Source: Anaerolineales bacterium (GTDB lineage Bacteria > Chloroflexota > Anaerolineae > Anaerolineales > RBG-16-64-43). From it: a stretch of DNA of 64,000 nt. Below are positions 46,475 to 55,041 of the stretch, piece by piece. The DNA is taken from the NCBI GenBank assembly GCA_035288225.1, contig DATEAT010000031.1, positions 47,678 to 111,677 on the forward strand, in the 5' to 3' direction. Below the pieces are notes generated by a model. That model did no database searches. It was not told where the DNA came from and worked only from the letters and a program-made list of their open reading frames with translations. How positions within the stretch are numbered: the stretch's first letter is position 1; each line of letters begins with the position of its first letter. The position numbers and the translations under genes are program-made.

Positions 46475-49042
46475 GTGGAAGTACCCCTTTCGTGGCTGAA
46501 AGACTACGTGCGATTGACGCTCGAGCCGGAGGCACTGGCCGCCCGCCTCACGTTCGCCGGCCTGGAAGTTGAGAACATTACCAGTGTCGGGCTGCCTGCA
46601 CTTCCGGGGCGCGGGAGCGACGGGCTGGCCTGGGATCCGGAGAAGATCGTGGTGGGCGAGGTGCGGGAGGTCATGCCGCACCCCAACGCCGACCGGCTTG
46701 TACTGTGCCGCCTGTTCGACGGGTTGACCGAGCACACCGTGCTCACCGGCGCCTCGAACCTGTTCCCGTACAAAGGCCTGGGGCCGCTGGCCCCGCCGCT
46801 CAAGGTGGCCTACGCACGCGAGGGTGCGACGCTTTACGACGGACATGCGCCGGGGCGGGTACTTACCACCCTCAAGCGCATGAAAATCCGCGGTGTCGAA
46901 TCGTCGTCGATGATTTGTTCGGAGAAGGAACTTGGCCTTTCCGAGGAGCACGAAGGGGTGATGATCCTTGAGGTGGATGCGCCACCGGGTGCGCCGCTGG
47001 TGGGAGTTCTGGGCGACCACGTGTTCAGCGTGAAGATCAACCCTAATATGGCGCGGGCGGCAAGCCTGATCGGCATCGCGCGCGAAGTGGCTGCGCTCAC
47101 TGGGCAAAAACTGCGCCAGCCCTCCTACACGCTGGGCGGGAGCCGCAAGCCCTTGCGCGGTTCGCTGCGCATCGAGATCCGCCGGCCCGACCTCAACCCG
47201 CGTTTCACTGCGGCGCTCATTCGCGAGGTGAAGATCGGGCCCAGCCCGGAGTGGATGCAGCGCCGCTTGCGCCGGGCGGGCATGCGCCCGATCAACAATG
47301 TGGTCGACATCACCAACTACGTGATGCTCGAAACCGGGCAGCCGCTGCACGCCTTCGACTGGGATGTCCTCGCGCGGCGGGCCGGCGCCGGGCCAGTGGT
47401 CATCCATACCCGCTTGGCCGAGGCCGGCGAGCGGTTGACCACCCTCGACGGCGTCGTGCGCACGCTTGAGGATTACATGATCCTGGTCTGCGACAGCCGC
47501 GGCGCGCTCTCGATCGCCGGGGTGATGGGCGGCGCGGAATCGGAGGTGACCGAGGGCACAACCTCGATCCTGCTGGAAGGCGCCGCGTGGGATTTCATCA
47601 GCATCCGCCGCGCGGTCCAGGCGCTGCGCCTGCCCTCGGAGGCCTCGTACCGGTTCTCGCGAGGCGTTCACCCGGCAATGACGGTGCGCGCTGTGGCGCG
47701 CGCGGCCTCGCTCATGGCGGAGGAGTGCCAGGGGGTTGTGGCACGCGACGTGGTGGACGCTTACCCGCGCAAGGCCCCGCGCGTGACCGTCGACTTGCCG
47801 CTGGCACGCGTGGCGGCGTTGCTTGGCATACCCATCGCGGAACGCGAGATTGTGCGCATCCTTGAACGGTTGGAGTTTGGGGTTGAGGTGCGCGCGGCCG
47901 CGCCTGCCGGGCGAGGTCGTCGCAGCGCGCAGGCCAGAGCACCCCGCGTGCTGCGCGTGAGCGTGCCCGATCACCGCCTCGACATCGGGCCGGGCGTGAT
48001 CGGCCAGGCCGATCTGATCGAAGAAATCGCCCGGGTATACGGCTACGAACGCATTCCGGAGGCGCAACTTGCCACCCTCCTGCCGCCCCAGCGAGATAAC
48101 CCCGGCCTCGAACGCGAGGAGGCGGTGCGCGACCTGCTGGTCCAGGCCGGCTTGCAGGAGGTGATCACCTACCGCTTCACCTCGCCCGAGCGCGAGGCGC
48201 AGCTCGACCCGGCCGGGGCGGTGCTGGCACGCTCGCAGTACGTGCAAATCGCCAACCCCATCGGCCCGGACCGCAGTGTGCTGCGGCGGTCGTTGCTCTC
48301 GAGTGTGATGGAAGTGGCCGCGCGCCAGGCGGGGCAGCGGCCGCGCGTGGCGGTCTTCGAGATCGGCCCCGAGTTCCATCCCACGGGCGAGGGCTTGCCC
48401 GAGGAGCCGCTGCGCCTGGCCATCGTGCTCAGTGGCCTGCGCGAGCCCGCGCACTGGTCGAGCCCGGCGGCGACGCCCATGGACTTCTACGACCTGAAGG
48501 GCATTCTCGGGGTGTTGACCCTGGGACTGCATGTGGGAGAAACGACCCTGGTCGAGACACCTTACCCGTCATTCCATCCGGGGAAATGCGCCAGCCTCTC
48601 GGCCGGGGGGCGCGCGATGGGCGTGCTGGGCGAGCTGCATCCGGTGGTGGCGCAGCGCTTCGGTTTCGCCCAGCCGGTGCTGGCGGCCGACCTCGACCTG
48701 CAGGCGCTGCTCGACGGGATCCCCCCGCGTTTCACCGTGACTGCCATCCCGGGCGTCCCGCCGGTGTTGGAGGACGTAGCGTTGATCGTCGCCGAGGAGG
48801 TGCCGGCCGGGCGTGTGATGGACGTGATGCACACGGCGGGCGGGCCGCTGCTGCGCGAGGTGCGACTGTTCGATGTCTATCGCGGAGCGCAAGCCGGCGA
48901 AGGCAAGAAGAGCCTGGCCTTCTCCCTCACCTATCAGGCCGAGGACCGCACGCTGACCGACGGCGAGGTGGCTCAGCTTCGGCTGGGCATCATCCGTGCG
49001 CTTGAGCAGCAACTTGGCGCACGGATCCGCAGCGGCGCCTGA
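46475..49042 (+). CDS. pheT: phenylalanine--tRNA ligase beta subunit
   Basis: MEVPLSWLKDYV N-terminus, tRNA-binding OB domain, B3/4 and B5 domains, and a C-terminal FDX-ACB domain (DVYRG...KSLAFSLTYQ). GTG start. Confidence 0.95.
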   Translation: MEVPLSWLKDYVRLTLEPEALAARLTFAGLEVENITSVGLPALPGRGSDGLAWDPEKIVVGEVREVMPHPNADRLVLCRLFDGLTEHTVLTGASNLFPYKGLGPLAPPLKVAYAREGATLYDGHAPGRVLTTLKRMKIRGVESSSMICSEKELGLSEEHEGVMILEVDAPPGAPLVGVLGDHVFSVKINPNMARAASLIGIAREVAALTGQKLRQPSYTLGGSRKPLRGSLRIEIRRPDLNPRFTAALIREVKIGPSPEWMQRRLRRAGMRPINNVVDITNYVMLETGQPLHAFDWDVLARRAGAGPVVIHTRLAEAGERLTTLDGVVRTLEDYMILVCDSRGALSIAGVMGGAESEVTEGTTSILLEGAAWDFISIRRAVQALRLPSEASYRFSRGVHPAMTVRAVARAASLMAEECQGVVARDVVDAYPRKAPRVTVDLPLARVAALLGIPIAEREIVRILERLEFGVEVRAAAPAGRGRRSAQARAPRVLRVSVPDHRLDIGPGVIGQADLIEEIARVYGYERIPEAQLATLLPPQRDNPGLEREEAVRDLLVQAGLQEVITYRFTSPEREAQLDPAGAVLARSQYVQIANPIGPDRSVLRRSLLSSVMEVAARQAGQRPRVAVFEIGPEFHPTGEGLPEEPLRLAIVLSGLREPAHWSSPAATPMDFYDLKGILGVLTLGLHVGETTLVETPYPSFHPGKCASLSAGGRAMGVLGELHPVVAQRFGFAQPVLAADLDLQALLDGIPPRFTVTAIPGVPPVLEDVALIVAEEVPAGRVMDVMHTAGGPLLREVRLFDVYRGAQAGEGKKSLAFSLTYQAEDRTLTDGEVAQLRLGIIRALEQQLGARIRSGA

Positions 49043-49060
49043 CCGTGAGAAGTTAACTCA

Positions 49061-49093
49061 ACGGCCCGTCCAAGTGGACGGGCCGTTTTTGGT
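49061..49093 (+). terminator. rho-independent terminator of pheST (also faces the convergent csp gene)
   Basis: ACGGCCCGTC (49061-49070), CAAGTG loop, GACGGGCCGT (49077-49086), then TTTTTGG. Lies 19 nt after the pheT stop. Confidence 0.8.
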
Positions 49094-49114
49094 TCTGGGA
49101 ATGCGATCGGTTGC

Positions 49115-49327
49115 CTAGCGGACGGGAATGACGTTCGCTGCCTGCAATCCCTTGGGGCCGTTCTCAATCGAGAACTCCACCTGCTGGCCTTCCTCCAACT
49201 TCTTGTAGCCATCCATTTGAATGGCCGAGAAGTGGACGAAGACGTCCTCGCCACCCTCGCGGGCAATGAAGCCATAGCCCTTGGTGGCATTGAACCACTT
49301 GACGGTTCCGACGATTCGTTCAGTCAT
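49115..49327 (-). CDS. cold-shock protein (CspA family)
   Basis: 70 aa with RNP1 KGYGFI and RNP2 VFVHFS. Start trimmed to ATG 49327 behind AGGAGG. Confidence 0.95.
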   Translation of the reverse strand: MTERIVGTVKWFNATKGYGFIAREGGEDVFVHFSAIQMDGYKKLEEGQQVEFSIENGPKGLQAANVIPVR

Positions 49328-49468
49328 GCCCGTGCCTCCTGTTGCCGGGAAAGAAAAGTGGGTCCTAGGGCGCAGCCAGCGGTGGAGAGGAACAGAAAAT
49401 GCCGCTCCGAGTGTTGCTAGAGCGGCGGTCCTGCCTTCCGAGCTAAATCCGCGTCCCACACATTCAAA

Positions 49469-49497
49469 ATCGTAGCACAACCTCGGCGGTGAGTCAA
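49469..49497 (-). promoter_or_regulatory. putative csp promoter TTGACT-17-TACGAT with ~135-nt 5' UTR
   Basis: Minus strand: TTGACT 49497..49492 and TACGAT 49474..49469. The csp ATG is at 49327. Confidence 0.45.
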
Positions 49498-49735
49498 GTC
49501 GGAGACGCCATTTTCTGACCGTATGAGGCGCCTTTCGGGGTCGCAGCGCAACTCCACCTCGAGGGTACATCTGTCTATGAGGTGCCGTGCCGAGAACTCC
49601 TTGGCTGAGGGGGGAGCGGGTATGCCCGGCCGGACGCGTTGGCCCTTCAATTGGCACGGGACCGCCTTCGATCGAATTCAGTCCCAAGCGGCGGATGATC
49701 CCCGTGGGATGGTCGTGGGCCAGGGAGCGCCCCAC

Positions 49736-51001
49736 TCAAGAGCCGGAGAAAGCCCCGGCGCTGCGCGTGCGCAGGAAGTCTCGCCCAATTGGCGCGCGGT
49801 GGACCTTGCCGTTGAGCCACTCGAGCCGGGCATATTCGAAATCCTGGCCGAGGACGCCGCGGGCATCCATTTCCACCTCGGTGAGAGGGAAGCCCAGCCG
49901 CAGGCGCCCCAACTCGCGATACGTCGTGCGGAACTGGTAGCACACGTTGTGGCCGGTTTCCTCAAAGTAGTCGCAGCCCGAGTCACTCAAGGCGGGCACG
50001 GGCGGCTGTTGGCGGCCCATCAGAGTGGTGACGCTGGCCAGGAAGGCGTGGTCGCCTTCGGGTTCCATGGCCAGCGCGCCGTATTCGAATACTTGCAGCG
50101 TGAGGCCGAGGTCCTGGTCGACGAAGGCGGCCGAGAGCGGCAAACCGAGCCACACCTCGCCGCCCGCGGCCCGATAGGCGATGAGGAACTCGCCTGCGAC
50201 GGCCAGACCGTTCGAGAAAACCAGTGCGGTGGGTGTTGCGCCGGGCACCCCGGGCGGGATCGGCGACGGCGTGGAGGCGATGGCAGGAGCGGTGGCCGTG
50301 AGCGTGTGCAGGGGCGCCAGGCTGGCGGTGGCGCGGGGCGCCGAGGTGGGTGTGAACGCGACGGGCGGCTCGAGCAATGTGGCATCGTACCCGCGTGCGG
50401 CAAAGAAGGAGGCGCCAATGGGTTGGCGCGCGACCTGGCCGCCGACGGCATGCAGCCGCGCGAATTCAAAATCTTGGGTGAGCCCGCCATCGTTCTCAAC
50501 CCACTCTTCGGAGATGGGCAGCCCGAGACGTGCGCGGTCGGATGTTTCCCAGAACAGGCGCAGGCTGTGGCACAGGTTGTGTCCGGTTTCCGCAAAGAAG
50601 GTGCAGCCGCTGTCTGGGCTGGCCGCGGCCGGCGCTGTTTGCCGCCCGAGGATGACGTTGGCGCGCAGTGGAAAGGCAGCCTCGTCGGAGGGATCCTGGG
50701 CGAGCACACCATACTCGAAAACTTGCAGCACCCAGCCGAGGTCGCGGTCGAGAATTAACCGGCTGATGGGCTGCCCTAACCAGGCGAGACCGCCCGAGGA
50801 ATCGAACCCGGTCAGGAAGGCGCCTTGGATGCGATGGCCGTTGTCGAACGTCCGGCTGGGCACAGCCGGCGCGGGAGCCGTGCCGCTGGCGGGCGGTGTG
50901 ACTTGAACCGCGGGCAAAGCCGAGCACGCGCCGAGCCAAAGGGCGGCGACGAGCTGCAGGCTGAGGCGCATGGCGTGAGAGCGGCGGGTGGCAGGCTTCA
51001 T
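49736..51001 (-). CDS. putative lipoprotein built from an internally duplicated ~190-aa module (LGFP-like LG.P...QDFE.ARL repeats plus paired-Cys C..F.ETGHN.C motif)
   Basis: Lipobox-like LWLGAC follows the basic N-terminus MKPATRRSHAMRLSLQ. Two tandem copies of WLG.P.S...DLG..LQVFEYG.LA...SDSGC.FF.ETGHN.C...LG.P..E...QDFE.ARL. The start (51001 or 50971) is uncertain and neither has a clear RBS. Confidence 0.6.
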   Translation of the reverse strand: MKPATRRSHAMRLSLQLVAALWLGACSALPAVQVTPPASGTAPAPAVPSRTFDNGHRIQGAFLTGFDSSGGLAWLGQPISRLILDRDLGWVLQVFEYGVLAQDPSDEAAFPLRANVILGRQTAPAAASPDSGCTFFAETGHNLCHSLRLFWETSDRARLGLPISEEWVENDGGLTQDFEFARLHAVGGQVARQPIGASFFAARGYDATLLEPPVAFTPTSAPRATASLAPLHTLTATAPAIASTPSPIPPGVPGATPTALVFSNGLAVAGEFLIAYRAAGGEVWLGLPLSAAFVDQDLGLTLQVFEYGALAMEPEGDHAFLASVTTLMGRQQPPVPALSDSGCDYFEETGHNVCYQFRTTYRELGRLRLGFPLTEVEMDARGVLGQDFEYARLEWLNGKVHRAPIGRDFLRTRSAGAFSGS

Positions 51002-51105
51002 AAGAAGAAGGGAACGCGGCGCACAGGTGCCGCGCTCTACGAGGAGTATAAGACGTGCGCTACAGGCCGGCAAGCGTGCCTGGCCCGGAGGGCGCAGCCG
51101 CGGCC

Positions 51106-52029
51106 TCACCGCTCGCCGCGCCGCAGGCGGGTGTACGAATCATAGCGGCGCGGATCGATGCCTCCGCTCTCGGCCGCCCGGCGCACGGCACACCCCGGTT
51201 CAGAGAGATGCGAGCAGTCGTTGAATTGGCACTGGTCCACCAGTGGGCGGATTTCGGGGAAGTATGCGTCGAGTTCCTCGGGTTCAATATCCCACAGGCC
51301 CATCGCGCGCACACCCGGGGTATCGGCCACAAACCCTCCCTGCGCAAGCGGCAGGATCTCCGGGACGACCGTCGTGTGGCGGCCCTTGCTCGTGGCACGG
51401 CTGACCCGGCGCACGCTCAGCCCCAGCCCAGGTTGCACTGCATTGAGCAGGCTGGTCTTGCCGACTCCGGACGGCCCGGACAGAACTGAAAGCTTTCCCT
51501 GCAGGGCGGCGCGCAATTCAGCGACGCCCTCACCGGTCTCAGCGGAGGTGTAGAGCACCTCGTAGCCAATAGGTGGATACAAATCGAAGAGTGCTCGAGC
51601 GGCCGTTGGCCCGACCAGGTCGATCTTGTTTGCGCAAATGCGGGCCGGCAGGTTGGTGCGTTCGGCCGCCACCAGAAAGCGGTCGAGCATACGCAGGTGG
51701 GGCGCCGGCTGTGCGCAGGCGAATACGAACAGCACCTGATCGGGGTTGGCCACCAGCACCTGCTCGACCGAGGCCTGGCGGTCGTCGGCCCGCGGGGCGC
51801 GGCGGGAGAGAACCCGCGCGCGAGGGAGCACCTGGCAGATTTGTCCGCTGCCATCTTCGGCCAGGTCGATCAGCACGCGATCACCCACCGCCGCCAAATC
51901 GGTCGCGCGGCGATGTTGTTTGAGCCTGCCGCGCAGCTGGCATATGGTCATTCCGCCGGCCCACTGCACGGTGAAGAATCCAGATTGGGCCTTGATGATT
52001 TGTCCGGGGTGCAGAGTGGGTGTCGACAT
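51106..52029 (-). CDS. rsgA: ribosome small-subunit-dependent GTPase A
   Basis: An OB N-domain, circularly permuted GTPase motifs (NKIDL, GPSGVGKTSLLNA, DTPG) and a C-terminal zinc knuckle CQFNDCSHLSEPGCAV. Confidence 0.9.
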   Translation of the reverse strand: MSTPTLHPGQIIKAQSGFFTVQWAGGMTICQLRGRLKQHRRATDLAAVGDRVLIDLAEDGSGQICQVLPRARVLSRRAPRADDRQASVEQVLVANPDQVLFVFACAQPAPHLRMLDRFLVAAERTNLPARICANKIDLVGPTAARALFDLYPPIGYEVLYTSAETGEGVAELRAALQGKLSVLSGPSGVGKTSLLNAVQPGLGLSVRRVSRATSKGRHTTVVPEILPLAQGGFVADTPGVRAMGLWDIEPEELDAYFPEIRPLVDQCQFNDCSHLSEPGCAVRRAAESGGIDPRRYDSYTRLRRGER

Positions 52030-52057
52030 GCCGGTAGAGGCCGATGGCGAGCGCGGC

Positions 52058-54283
52058 TTAGGGTTCGGGGGTGAGGGTCTCGCCGGGGCCGCCCGTCGGC
52101 GTGGCGGTCAGGCCGATCTCCGCCTCCCAAGGGTACTTCGTCAGCGGCTTGCCGAAGAAGTAGATCTCCAGCACGCGGCGGAAGATAGGGGCGGCGATCT
52201 GCGAACCCTCGCCCTGGTTCTCGGCGATGACCACCATGGCAACATCGGGTTTGTCGGGTCGGTTGTCGTAGGTGTACCCGGTAAACCAGGCATGCGGCGC
52301 GCCGTGCGGGTCTTCTGCGGTGCCGGTCTTGCCGGCCACCTTGACCTCCAGACCGAGGAAGCGGAAGCGGGCGGTGCCGTTCTCGTCGGAGACCACGCCC
52401 TGCATGGCCTGCTGGACCGTGGCCAGGTTTTCTGCACTCAGCGGCAGTTGGCCGCGCGTTTCAGGTGTGAAGGTATAGAGCGGCTCGCCAATCGGCGGCT
52501 GAATATGGTGGATGAGTTGAGGGCGATACAAGGTGCCGCCATTGCCAACCGCTGCCACGAAGTCGGCGACCTGCAGCGGCGTGACGAGCACGTGCCCCTG
52601 GCCAATGGCCGAGTTGACCGCATCCCCGGCCAGCCAGTCTTCGCCAAGCGTTTCCTTCTTCCAGGCCGGGTCAGGGATCAACCCGGCCTCTTCCGGCAGC
52701 ACCTCGAGGCCGGTGGCCTTGCCGAGCCCGAAGCCGCGGGCCATGTTGGGGACCAACCATTGGTCTTTGGTGTACAGGTCGAGCCCGATGTGCCAGAAGA
52801 ACGGATCGCAGGATTGGATCAGCCCGTGGACCAGGTCGATCGCTCCGTGGGGCGGCCGCCCCCACGAGACTGTCCAATCGGTGAGAACCACTCCCGGTAT
52901 CTCGCGGAAGTAGCCGGTGCAGCGATAGGTCGAATCCGGTGTGTAGTACCCGGATTCGAGCGCTGCCGACAGGGTGACAATCTTGAACACTGAGCCGAGT
53001 GGGTATTGGCCCTGCGTGGCGCGATTGAGCAGCGGGACGCGCGGGTCGCTGAGGATCTGCGGCAGAAGATACTCGCTGTTGTAATTGCCTGGATCGAACA
53101 GGTTGTTGTCGAAGCCGGGGCTCGAGACCATGGCGAGGACTTCACCGGTATCGCGCTGGAGCAGGACGATCGCGCCGGGGAGTGCGCCGAGCCCGAAGCG
53201 TTCGACCTTGGTTTGCACGTCGCGATCGAGCGTGGTGTAAATGGCCGCGGCGGGTTGCAGGGGGCTTTCGGCCAGGGTGGCCACCACCTGACCCGTCGGC
53301 GCCACAACCAGCAACCGCCCGCCGTGCTTGCCCGCGAGGAACGGCTCGCCCCAGGCCTCGACCCCCATCACGCCCACTTTCTCATCGCCGCGATAGCCGC
53401 GCGCCTGATACGCCTGCAGTTGTTCTTCAGGCACTTGCGAGATGTAGCCGACCACGTGCGAAGCGCTGCCGCCGCCGTAGTAGTAACGCGAGTGCGAGGT
53501 GCGCATCACCAGACCGCCCAACGTGGTCAGCGCCTCATAGCGGTTCTTCACTTCGTCGAGCGAGGCGTTGCCCAGGGGCACATACCAATCGGGCGGTGCG
53601 TCGGCATACAGCGAGCGGATGACTTGCGGATGCAGGCTGAGCAGCGAGCTGAGCTCCTCCAAGAGCCGAGCTTCATCGGTGATCTGCCCCGGGATGACGC
53701 CGAGCGAAGCCGAGTCGGTCTCGTACGCCAGGGCTTTGCTGTTGCGGTCGTATATGTTGCCGCGCGCCGGGATGGTCTGTTCCATCAACAGCGAGTTGCC
53801 GCCGCGGAGTTCGGGCAGGATCAGGGTCTCGTCCCAGGCCACCTTCCATTGCCCTTGTTCCAGCCGCAACGGCATGGTGACTTGGCGCACCAAGTCGCCC
53901 ACAACGGCCGTATGCAGGGTCAGGCTGAAGCTGACCTCGGCCGTCTGAGTGCTGACCCGCGCGCCGTGGGTCTGGTAATCGAGCCCGCTGAGCGTGGCTG
54001 CGGCGGCCACGTCCTGGTAGCGCTCGCGGAAGGCGTCGACCGTCATGGCATCGCGGCTCAGCGTGGAGAGGCCGGTATACATCGCGTCGTAGTCGCCGCG
54101 CTGCCATGCAGCGAGGAACGTGCCCGCGGCCAACTCGGGGTCGGGAGCGGGAGTCACCAAGACCTGGGGCGAGGGCAACGGCGTGCCCGTCGCACGCCCT
54201 GCGCCCGAGCAGGCTACCAACACCGCCAGAAAGGGGAGGCTCGCAGCCAGCCTCCAATAAGGAAGGGAACGCGAAGGGACCAT
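52058..54283 (-). CDS. penicillin-binding protein 2-type D,D-transpeptidase with N-terminal NTF2/MecA_N-like domain
   Basis: Signal/lipobox-like N-terminus and an NTF2-like segment (FLAAWQRGDYDAMY...). Transpeptidase motifs SVFK (SxxK), NSAIGQG and KTGTA. Its start overlaps the maf stop by 1 nt. Confidence 0.85.
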   Translation of the reverse strand: MVPSRSLPYWRLAASLPFLAVLVACSGAGRATGTPLPSPQVLVTPAPDPELAAGTFLAAWQRGDYDAMYTGLSTLSRDAMTVDAFRERYQDVAAAATLSGLDYQTHGARVSTQTAEVSFSLTLHTAVVGDLVRQVTMPLRLEQGQWKVAWDETLILPELRGGNSLLMEQTIPARGNIYDRNSKALAYETDSASLGVIPGQITDEARLLEELSSLLSLHPQVIRSLYADAPPDWYVPLGNASLDEVKNRYEALTTLGGLVMRTSHSRYYYGGGSASHVVGYISQVPEEQLQAYQARGYRGDEKVGVMGVEAWGEPFLAGKHGGRLLVVAPTGQVVATLAESPLQPAAAIYTTLDRDVQTKVERFGLGALPGAIVLLQRDTGEVLAMVSSPGFDNNLFDPGNYNSEYLLPQILSDPRVPLLNRATQGQYPLGSVFKIVTLSAALESGYYTPDSTYRCTGYFREIPGVVLTDWTVSWGRPPHGAIDLVHGLIQSCDPFFWHIGLDLYTKDQWLVPNMARGFGLGKATGLEVLPEEAGLIPDPAWKKETLGEDWLAGDAVNSAIGQGHVLVTPLQVADFVAAVGNGGTLYRPQLIHHIQPPIGEPLYTFTPETRGQLPLSAENLATVQQAMQGVVSDENGTARFRFLGLEVKVAGKTGTAEDPHGAPHAWFTGYTYDNRPDKPDVAMVVIAENQGEGSQIAAPIFRRVLEIYFFGKPLTKYPWEAEIGLTATPTGGPGETLTPEP

Positions 54284-55032
54284 CAGCCTTTAGCCGGCAG
54301 GGCCTGGGGCCGTGCCACAAGTCTCAACGGTTGGTGCGAAGATGAAGCGTGGTCAAATGTGCCGAGCGGCACCGCACAGGCTGAACCCAGGGCGCGGCCG
54401 CATGTTTCCGGAAGTGCCGGCAGCGCCCAGCCGGTCGCCTCGATAAGCATCCGCTGCACCATGCACAATGGAAGGCCCATCACATTGGCATAGCAGCCCT
54501 CGAGGGAGGCTACCGGATGGAACGCTTCGTGCTGAATGGCGTAGGCACCGGCTTTGTCCATCGCGTCGCCGCTTTCGAGGTAGGCCAGCAGCTCGGGCTC
54601 ACTGTAAGCACGCATGCGGACCCGGGTACGGTAAGTCTCCGTGCGCTGGGTGAAGGTGAGGGCGTTGAGCAGGGTCACTCCCGACACCACCTCGTGTGCC
54701 GTATCGCGCAAGACCGTCAGGTACTCACGTGCCTGCGCGCGATCCACCGGTTTGCCGAGCATTTCCCGGTTGTGGACGACGACCGTATCGGCTGCGAGAA
54801 TCCAGGCGGGCGATTCTCCCACAAGGCAGGCTACGGCGTGTGCCTTCTTCTGGCTCAGGCGGCATGCCAGGCCATCGGCGGTTTCGCCCTCGCGCGGTCG
54901 CTCATCAATGGGGGCGGTGAGCACATCGAAAGGAAGGCCGAGCAATGCCACCAGTTCCCGCCGGCGAGGAGAAGCGGAGGCGAGAATCAGACGGGGCGTT
55001 TGATCGCCGGGCGATTGAGCAGCGCGGGTGAT
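54283..55032 (-). CDS. maf: Maf-like nucleoside triphosphate pyrophosphatase (septum formation protein Maf); start codon non-canonical/uncertain
   Basis: Maf core is present (ILAADTVV, KPVD...A, DKAGAYAIQ). The conserved N-terminal LILASASPRRRELV motif (54990..54949) lies upstream of the first ATG/GTG/TTG (GTG 54951). The only open in-frame stretch starts after TAA 55044..55042. ATC 55032 sits 5 nt after AAGGAG (55043..55038). Confidence 0.75.
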   Translation of the reverse strand: MTRAAQSPGDQTPRLILASASPRRRELVALLGLPFDVLTAPIDERPREGETADGLACRLSQKKAHAVACLVGESPAWILAADTVVVHNREMLGKPVDRAQAREYLTVLRDTAHEVVSGVTLLNALTFTQRTETYRTRVRMRAYSEPELLAYLESGDAMDKAGAYAIQHEAFHPVASLEGCYANVMGLPLCMVQRMLIEATGWALPALPETCGRALGSACAVPLGTFDHASSSHQPLRLVARPQALPAKG

Positions 55033-55041
55033 GGGTGCTCC

